Notes under the pieces: model-generated
Told to the model about the DNA's origin: nothing
The model's input: only the letters and a program-made list of their open reading frames with translations
Database searches by the model: none
Program-made: the position numbers and the translations under genes
Shown: positions 57,183 to 64,000 of the stretch, piece by piece
Layout of the letters: the number at the start of each line of letters is the position of its first letter
Position numbering within the stretch: the first letter of the stretch is position 1
Assembly (NCBI GenBank): GCA_031283155.1
Contig: JAITCI010000003.1
Span: 18,205-82,204, forward strand
Direction of reading: 5' to 3'
Source: Spirochaetota bacterium
GTDB lineage: Bacteria; Spirochaetota; JAGLSM01; JAKPMW01
DNA: 64,000 bases

Positions 57183-59210
57183 CTATTTTTTTCCAGGAAC
57201 ACGCCCGATTGTGTCGAAAAAGAATGTATTTTTAACATATCCGCAAAAGTTATCCTGTGCCCCGGAGGACAAATCCACAGAGCCAGCTTCTATCTGTCTG
57301 CGGGCATGAAAATTCTGCACAGTGGTTGAAGTTGTTCTCACTATTTCCCGATATGGTGTTGAGGAACCGATTATCAGCAACAAAGCAAGTACGGCAATTA
57401 TCATTTTGTCTTTTGCGGCGAAGGCTTTAAGCAAGGTGTCAATTACCATGAAGAATAAAAGAACCAGGACAGGAATGGACGCCCTCATGCAAAAATCACT
57501 GAAATATCCAACTCTGATAAATGGAATTATCGCCAGCGATACTGCCGAAACGTAATACAAATAGCTGCCTTTCTGATATTTATAAATAGCTAAAATATAT
57601 AAACCCGCCTCGACCATAAAAAACAGCATCCACAAAAATAATATTCCCTTTGTTGAATGAGAAGACAGCAACGCGATTTTTGATCCAGCAATGTTTGTTT
57701 TCAGAAAAAAATATGACGATAAGCCTATAAGGCCTCCTCCAACAACATTCTCAAAAGAAAATAATCTATACATGGAGTCTTTGAATGCTGCCGCTGTGAT
57801 CCTGGGAGCGTTCTCGGAACAGATGTTTTTAATAATTATGGCACAAGCAATTATAAGTAAACCGACAAATGGCAATGTGCTTGATATCAGAACCAGTGCA
57901 ATAATGACTACGATGAATCTATTGTCCTTTTGGAGCAGCAAAAGAACCGCCGCCAGCCATGCAGGTAATGCTTGATTAAAAACCCAAAATATCTGCGTAG
58001 TTATACTTGAATATTGAAAAGGAGACGCCCACCATTCCAGATGTTCTGTAGAACCTACGGTACTGGTATCGCGGCCCAGCAGACGAATACCCAAAATATC
58101 CAGCCCGCTGAAGAAAATAAAAATTATTAATGGCCAGAAGACAATTTTCCTGACAAAAATAGCAAGAAAGAAACAGTAAAATATGAATATTCCCATTGCG
58201 GCCCAAAGCATTTGGGCAATGGAACCGGCGCTTATTCCAAAAAGTTTTCCAACAACTGCTGATGGAAGCCAAAACCCAAAATAGTACACAAGAGCGACAG
58301 GCTTATGATAATGCTCATTTGAAGAATAAATGACCGGCCAATCCTCTTCTACCAACGACTGAAAAACAGCATTTCTGTGAAGATGGTCTGTATTCTGCGC
58401 GACAGATGCGCCTATACCGGATATATACACCCAGAACAGGATCAGACAAAAAATGGCAATTAATTTCAATAAATTTCGTTTATGCAGCTCCGGCATCCAA
58501 AAATCCGGAAAAGACTTTTGCATTCTGAATAAGATGTACAATAGGACGGCAAACATTGGTATGGAAATAACAGGTTTTACCCAGCCTGCCAGGAAAATCA
58601 AAAATGGCAGAAATAAATAAGCCAGCGTAATGAGAGAAATGGACGATTGTACACCGGGCTTAAAACGGTAAAGGAGAAGCGAGGCAAGTGCCAGAACGAG
58701 CAGGGAAATCAAGACGAACAATAAACCCTGTAAAGACGATTTTAAAGGAATCTTTGTTTTAAGATCAATTCCGTATGCTCCACCATTGTCGGAAATCCTG
58801 AAGAGAATTTCATTGCTTCCCTCGCGAAGGTATGAAGCGAAATCGACGATCAAACCATTATGATAGTCGCTCCTCCCTGGGCCGGAATATTTTCCCTCGG
58901 GCATAAGCTGTCCGTTGACCGTTATGTTTTGCAGATAATCGTCAGGTATAATGTGAATTCGAGTATTGTCGTTTTTGCGCCATTTGAGTTCTACGATGTA
59001 CTCGTATGTATTTTTACCCGCAGCATTCCTTTCGGAAAAAGGGAGTGTGATGGCTCGGCGTTCGCCATTCTCCTGAAGAAGCCAGACTGCTTCGATTCTG
59101 GCTTCTTTTTGCGGGGTTGGTTTCTCAAGGACAAGGAAAATGAAGGAGGCAAGCAAAAGCAGAGAGAGAGCAGTACAAATCATCCAGAAATGAAATTTTG
59201 TAAACTTCAT
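57183..59210 (-). CDS. Polytopic membrane protein (putative GT-C of a second family) with the same N-terminal soluble domain
   Basis: IIPDDYL..GRSDY.NGLIVDF..GGAYG domain, then YLFLP..GW, QNTDH..RNA..WPV, YYFGFWLP, FFSGLD, SDFCMRASIP; start at MKFTK. Confidence 0.85.
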   Translation of the reverse strand: MKFTKFHFWMICTALSLLLLASFIFLVLEKPTPQKEARIEAVWLLQENGERRAITLPFSERNAAGKNTYEYIVELKWRKNDNTRIHIIPDDYLQNITVNGQLMPEGKYSGPGRSDYHNGLIVDFASYLREGSNEILFRISDNGGAYGIDLKTKIPLKSSLQGLLFVLISLLVLALASLLLYRFKPGVQSSISLITLAYLFLPFLIFLAGWVKPVISIPMFAVLLYILFRMQKSFPDFWMPELHKRNLLKLIAIFCLILFWVYISGIGASVAQNTDHLHRNAVFQSLVEEDWPVIYSSNEHYHKPVALVYYFGFWLPSAVVGKLFGISAGSIAQMLWAAMGIFIFYCFFLAIFVRKIVFWPLIIFIFFSGLDILGIRLLGRDTSTVGSTEHLEWWASPFQYSSITTQIFWVFNQALPAWLAAVLLLLQKDNRFIVVIIALVLISSTLPFVGLLIIACAIIIKNICSENAPRITAAAFKDSMYRLFSFENVVGGGLIGLSSYFFLKTNIAGSKIALLSSHSTKGILFLWMLFFMVEAGLYILAIYKYQKGSYLYYVSAVSLAIIPFIRVGYFSDFCMRASIPVLVLLFFMVIDTLLKAFAAKDKMIIAVLALLLIIGSSTPYREIVRTTSTTVQNFHARRQIEAGSVDLSSGAQDNFCGYVKNTFFFDTIGRVPGKK

Positions 59211-59469
59211 GGTTATGCTCCCAGAGATTATTGTGAAAGGTGCGGCGTGTTCCCGGATAAAATACTGAATACATATCCTAATCGACAAACTTTTCGATTC
59301 CGGCAAAATTGGGCAATTCCGAAACTGTGACGATATTATAAAGCACAGCGGATTTATCTTTTGTATTATATTTGGAGAATATCGATTGGGTTCCAATGGG
59401 GTTTTTATTATACACATATACGCAGGAATCATACAGAATTTTGAGCCAGATTTTGCGGGAAAGGCAGTC

Positions 59470-59925
59470 ATGTGGATAAACCGCATCATAACCAGTAACA
59501 AGCAGCTTATTTACGAGTTTTTGCGCTATGTCCTTGTGGGGGGCTTCGCGTTTGGCGTCGATATTTTGGTGCTTTACCTGACCAGAACTTTTCTTTTTCA
59601 GGACATGGGACACGATGGCATATTGCTCGCTACAGCGTTTGGCTTTATTGCCGGTCTTACCGTAAATTACATTTTGTCGTTTCTGTTTGTATTCAGGCAA
59701 ATTGACGAAAATGTGCAGCGGCATAAAATTCGCGCGTTTGTTTTATTTGCGCTCATCGGGGTTATCGGGCTTCTTATAACGGAGTTCTGTATGTATGCGG
59801 GCATAAATTTGTTTGGAGAAGAATATTATCTCTTTACAAAAGTCATTACTGCTGTAATTGTGCTCCTGTGGAATTATATTGCACGGAAGCTATTGATATT
59901 CAAAGGGGCGCAATATGAGCGATAA
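59470..59925 (+). CDS. GtrA-family lipid-linked sugar flippase
   Basis: [27 protein letters not shown]; four TM segments. Confidence 0.92.
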   Translation: MWINRIITSNKQLIYEFLRYVLVGGFAFGVDILVLYLTRTFLFQDMGHDGILLATAFGFIAGLTVNYILSFLFVFRQIDENVQRHKIRAFVLFALIGVIGLLITEFCMYAGINLFGEEYYLFTKVITAVIVLLWNYIARKLLIFKGAQYER

Positions 59926-61465
59926 ATTTGTCGTTATCGGCGCGGGTCCCGCCGGTTTAACTGCGGCATACAAAATCCTTCAGGATATACCTGATGCGAG
60001 GGTTGACGTATTTGAGTCAACAGATCGTATTGGCGGTATCTCCACAACCGTTGAATACAGGGGGAACAGGATAGACATTGGCGGGCATCGGTTTTTTTCA
60101 AAGATGCAGGCTGTCAATGATTTTTGGTGGAGCATAATGCCCTTGCAGGGCTCGGGGTCAAGGGACGATATTATTCTCGGAACCGGGAAGGAATTTGCTG
60201 TTGGCGGTCCTGACCCTGAAAAAACCGATGCGGTTATGCTCCTTCGTCGGCGTGTTTCCAGAATATTCTATCGCCGGAGATTTTTTGATTACCCCATAGC
60301 GCTTAAGGCGCGGACATTTATAAATATGGGCTTTTTCAATACCATTCTTGCCGGGATAAGTTTTATGTATTCATCGGTTATCAAGCGTAAAGAAAATTCG
60401 CTTGAGGATTTTTATATAAATCGCTTTGGCAGGCATCTGTACAGGATGTTTTTTGAAGACTATACGGAAAAGGTGTGGGGTGTTCATCCATCAAAGCTAT
60501 CGGCATCCTGGGGCGCGCAGCGCGTAAAAGAGCTTTCTGTTGCCGCAGTTCTTAGGGAGGCTGTACGAAAGATTTTCAGAAAAAATTACAAGACAGACCA
60601 AACCTCTCTGATTGAACAATTTTTTTATCCCAAACTGGGACCGGGGCAGTTATGGTCTCTTGTCGCCGAAAAAATACAGGCAGCAGGCGGGCGCATTCAT
60701 TTTAATCAAAAACTACATGAAATTTTTCTTGAAAACGGCAGGATCACTGCGGTTAAAGCGTCTGACCAGGATCAGCCGTTCGCCTGCGATACAGTGCTTT
60801 CCACAATGCCCATTCGGGATCTTATATGCGCAATCAAACCTGCCGGGCAGGTACCTGGAGATGTATTTAAGGCTGCCGCAGCGTTGCCGTACAGGGATTT
60901 TATAACCGTTGGGCTTTTGGTAAAAAAACTCAAACTTGTAAATAAAACAAATTTCAAAACCCTCCAGAATATTGTACCTGACTGCTGGATATACATACAG
61001 GAACGAGATGTTCGCATCGGGAGGCTGCAATTATTCAATAACTGGTCGCCCTATATGGTAAAAGACGTTGAAAATACGATATGGATCGGACTCGAGTATT
61101 TCTGTACCGAAGGGGATGATTTGTGGAATTTGAGCCGCGAAGATTGTATCCGGCTTGGCATAGAGGAGTTGGTAAAGATTAGTATTATTGACAGGGAAGA
61201 CGTACTCGACGCGACGCACGTAAAAATAGAAAAGGCGTATCCGGCCTATTTCGGCTCCTATAGCGAAATGGACAGTATACGAAATTACCTCGACACAATT
61301 ACCAACCTGTACTGCCTCGGCAGAAACGGGCAGCATAGATATAACAACATGGATCACTCCATGCTTACGGCGATGCGAGCCATTGAACTTATCAAGGCGG
61401 GCGGTGGCGATAAAAGCGCTGTCTGGAATGTGAATGCGGAAAAAGAGTATCACGAAGAAAAATAA
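59915..61465 (+). CDS. FAD-dependent oxidoreductase, UDP-galactopyranose mutase / HemY-like family
   Basis: [51 protein letters not shown]...YNNMDH. Confidence 0.88.
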   Translation: MSDKFVVIGAGPAGLTAAYKILQDIPDARVDVFESTDRIGGISTTVEYRGNRIDIGGHRFFSKMQAVNDFWWSIMPLQGSGSRDDIILGTGKEFAVGGPDPEKTDAVMLLRRRVSRIFYRRRFFDYPIALKARTFINMGFFNTILAGISFMYSSVIKRKENSLEDFYINRFGRHLYRMFFEDYTEKVWGVHPSKLSASWGAQRVKELSVAAVLREAVRKIFRKNYKTDQTSLIEQFFYPKLGPGQLWSLVAEKIQAAGGRIHFNQKLHEIFLENGRITAVKASDQDQPFACDTVLSTMPIRDLICAIKPAGQVPGDVFKAAAALPYRDFITVGLLVKKLKLVNKTNFKTLQNIVPDCWIYIQERDVRIGRLQLFNNWSPYMVKDVENTIWIGLEYFCTEGDDLWNLSREDCIRLGIEELVKISIIDREDVLDATHVKIEKAYPAYFGSYSEMDSIRNYLDTITNLYCLGRNGQHRYNNMDHSMLTAMRAIELIKAGGGDKSAVWNVNAEKEYHEEK

Positions 61466-61489
61466 ATTTCAGTCATGATGCACTGAAAA

Positions 61490-62578
61490 TCAGAGCAGCT
61501 TGCGTTCTTTCCGTTTGCTGAAATTCTTTTCAATCCAGCGCAGATATTCGCCGCTTCTGATCTCCTCAACCCATGCCTGGTTGTCGAGATACCAGCGAAC
61601 GGTCGCCTCCAGTCCCTGATCCAGATTGAAGGCCTGCTTCCAGCTGAGTTCTTTTTTGATCTTGTCGCAGCCCAGGGTGGAGCGCAGCGGGGATTCCGCG
61701 CCGTCTTCGACAAAGGTGATGAGGCTCGCAAAATCCTTCTCCTGGCGATTGGTGGCGCGCGCGAGCACCCTGGAGATATGCTGCACCAGCTCGGTATTTT
61801 TGAGGGCATTTTCGCCGCTGATGTTGTACGACTCGCCGATACGCCCCCTGGTTAGTATGCGCCAGATCGCCTCGGCATGATCCGTGACATAGAGCCAGTC
61901 GCGCGTGTCGTCCTTCCTGCCAAAAACCGGCAGGGCTTTTTCGGAAAGCGCGTTTGTGATGATGAGCGGAATCAGTTCTTCCGGAAAATGATACGGCCCG
62001 TAATTTCTGGATGCGTTGGAGATCGTCACCGGAGTGCCGTAGGTACGGAACCACGCGCGCGCCAGGTGATCGCTTGCGGCCTTCGAAGCGACATAAGGGG
62101 CGGATGGATTATATGGCGAGTCCTCCGATATAAGCTCATGAGCCTCTGTGCTGCCGTATACCCCGGCTGTGGACACATGGTGGAAAAGCCCTTCGCGCCG
62201 TCCCTCCCACCACGCGCGCGCAGCCTGCAGGAGGGTGAGCGTACCATTGATATTTGTGGTTATAAAATCGCTTGTGGTAAAAGCGCTGCTGTCGATGCGG
62301 GACTCCGCCGCGAAATGCACAATACACTCAACGCCGTAGGTATTCAGGATGCGATCCATGGCGCTGCGGTCGCGGATATCGGCGCGCTCAAAAACGTAGC
62401 GCTTTGTTCCGTGGGCGTCTTCAACGTCGCGCAGGGAGAGCGGGTTGCCGGTATGGGAGAGCGCGTCTACGTTGATCACCCGCCCCGCAAATTCCTTTTT
62501 CCCGAGGATATGGCGGATAAAGTTACCGCCGACGAAGCCCGCGCCGCCGCTCACCATAATGGTATTCCATGATCGCAT
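61490..62578 (-). CDS. dTDP-glucose 4,6-dehydratase (RmlB) paralogue with substituted catalytic residues
   Basis: GGAGFVG, HFAAES, HHVSTAGVYG (canonical STDEVYG), YVASKAASDH, NYGPYHFPE, RDWLYV.DH; upstream TTGACT-N18-TAGCAT. Confidence 0.88.
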   Translation of the reverse strand: MRSWNTIMVSGGAGFVGGNFIRHILGKKEFAGRVINVDALSHTGNPLSLRDVEDAHGTKRYVFERADIRDRSAMDRILNTYGVECIVHFAAESRIDSSAFTTSDFITTNINGTLTLLQAARAWWEGRREGLFHHVSTAGVYGSTEAHELISEDSPYNPSAPYVASKAASDHLARAWFRTYGTPVTISNASRNYGPYHFPEELIPLIITNALSEKALPVFGRKDDTRDWLYVTDHAEAIWRILTRGRIGESYNISGENALKNTELVQHISRVLARATNRQEKDFASLITFVEDGAESPLRSTLGCDKIKKELSWKQAFNLDQGLEATVRWYLDNQAWVEEIRSGEYLRWIEKNFSKRKERKLL

Positions 62579-62694
62579 TATGCGCTCCCACAAACAGACT
62601 CCGTATCATGCTAGCATACGACAGGCGTATAAGTCAAATGCGCGCGCGCGCTCCAAGCGGGAATTTCGCAGAGCTGCTTGCGCAGGTATTTTTG

Positions 62695-63504
62695 GGAACT
62701 ATATACGTAACCGGCCAAAACCCGAAGCTGTTGGTTTTCAATAGAAAGCACTTCAAATAGTCATGTCAATACCATTGACCAACGGCAAAAACCCCTCCCG
62801 ATCTGACGCCCGGAATTCCGAAGGCGTTATTGTAATATTCCGGAGCAATGCCAAAAACATATTCATAATTATATTCCGATGAAAATGGAGTCAGCATAAT
62901 ATTATTATGAGCAGGTGAACTTTTCCACGCTGCAAAGAAATTGCTGGCGGTTGTTACCGGATCAGGGTGAAGAATGATTACGCTTGCGGCGCATTCTGAG
63001 GTATACCGTCGTTTGGGTGTGGTCTTTGTGTTATTCCATCCGCTTGCAGCATTGCCTCCGTCCGGTCTGGTATGGCCAAAGTGCGTCTTTTGCTCAGCCG
63101 CCCTAAGATCGGCATATTTTTCTAAATCCACATTGGCAGTACCGGGGAATGTTTCTAATTTATGCGCTTTTCTGTGATTGTTCAGAAGCTTGTAAAACTC
63201 CTGACGCACTGCTTTTGTATACTTTGCAGACTGCATATAGTGTATATCGGCGTCAGATACCTTGTATGAAGCAGGCTGAGCGCCGGTATCAGCAGATTTA
63301 TCTGAAGAGGGTCTGGAACGCATACACGCGGTGAAAAGCAGAAGAATGGTTACGCAGAAAGCGGCAGCCATATTCAGTACCTGAAAAACTTTTCTGCTGT
63401 GCATACATTTTCCACCTGAAAACAATATAGCAGCAAAAGTGGGGCAGTGAATACTGCCTTCCACGCAAGTCTTTTTAAGCTTGGCTGGTTACGTATATAG
63501 TTCC
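62695..63504. mobile_element. Single-gene cassette bounded by 24-bp inverted repeats, no recombinase
   Basis: ggaactatatacgtaacc(g/a)gccaa at 62695-62718 and, inverted, at 63481-63504. Confidence 0.6.
62766..63404 (-). CDS. CAP/SCP domain lipoprotein
   Basis: Lipobox LFTAC; LNNHRK, A..RA.E, FGHTRPDG, SE, WKSSPAHNNIML. Confidence 0.9.
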   Translation of the reverse strand: MHSRKVFQVLNMAAAFCVTILLLFTACMRSRPSSDKSADTGAQPASYKVSDADIHYMQSAKYTKAVRQEFYKLLNNHRKAHKLETFPGTANVDLEKYADLRAAEQKTHFGHTRPDGGNAASGWNNTKTTPKRRYTSECAASVIILHPDPVTTASNFFAAWKSSPAHNNIMLTPFSSEYNYEYVFGIAPEYYNNAFGIPGVRSGGVFAVGQWY

Positions 63505-63566
63505 ACAAAATTACACTTTACAGGAAACGTGGATAGATTGTAGATTCTTTACGAATGGAGGCCGTG

Positions 63567-64000
63567 ATGGCGAGACTCTGGGAAAATCCAAAAAGCCAAA
63601 CCGAGAGCATAGTCGCGGACTATACCGCTGCCGAAGACGCGCTTCTCGATAATCATCTCGTGCCGGAGGATCTCATCACCAACGCCGCCCACGCGCGGAT
63701 GCTCGCCGAACGCGGATACATCAGCGCGCAGGAATGCCGCGCCATACTGGACGAACTCGCGCGGATCCATGACGCCTGGCAAAGCGGCAATTTCATGGTT
63801 TCCGCCGCCGACGAGGACGTCCATACAAAAATTGAAAATGCAGTCACCATCGCTATCGGCGAACCGGGCAAAAAAATGCACACCGGCCGCAGCCGTAACG
63901 ATCAGGTGCTGACCGATCTGCGCCTCTATCTGCGGCGGCGGCTTGCATCGCTGGCGCTTCTGGCCGCGCGGCTCGCGCAGGATTTTCATGATTTTGCGGA
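63567..64000 (+). CDS. argH: Argininosuccinate lyase (3' end outside window)
   Basis: Manual translation: MARLW..AHARML..EDVHTKIE..GKKMHTGRSRNDQV.TDLRLY; RBS GGAGG. Confidence 0.95.
   Translation, partial: MARLWENPKSQTESIVADYTAAEDALLDNHLVPEDLITNAAHARMLAERGYISAQECRAILDELARIHDAWQSGNFMVSAADEDVHTKIENAVTIAIGEPGKKMHTGRSRNDQVLTDLRLYLRRRLASLALLAARLAQDFHDFA

Noticed and set aside
59211-59501. 97-aa N-terminal extension of the 772-aa ORF
   Set aside because: It runs through the divergent promoter region and overlaps the gtrA start; the paralogues indicate a start near ATG 59210.

Overview
Bacterial chromosomal window of moderately high GC. It is probably from a spirochaete (inferred from the long-form PPi-dependent PFK, the HDOD protein and the beta-barrel/FlgD-Ig/OmpA protein). 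Housekeeping genes (ftsH, phosphohexomutase, rpiB, manC, pfp, accA, dnaE, moeB, ino1, nrdDG, gmhA/gmhB, psd-pssA, argH) are interrupted by three small AT-richer accessory inserts: an NspV-like type II R-M pair plus a decayed type IIG gene (3.3-6.3 kb), an orphan EcoRI-family methyltransferase plus a 5'-truncated zinc-ribbon repeat gene (32.4-34.5 kb), and a CAP-domain lipoprotein between inverted repeats (62.7-63.5 kb). From 44 to 62.6 kb lies a surface-glycosylation island: ugd, uxs, galE-like, a ricin-lectin lipoprotein, three GT-C-like membrane proteins sharing one N-terminal domain, rfbFGH plus a flavin reductase, GtrA, a flavoprotein, and an RmlB paralogue lacking its catalytic Asp/Glu. 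The main unexplained non-coding signals are a family of CA-TCC(T)-TG-loop hairpins bracketing the defence inserts, a duplicated 39-bp promoter, and a structured nrdD leader. I saw no rRNA, tRNA, CRISPR array, transposase or integrase. Family assignments come from motif recognition by eye, not database searches.
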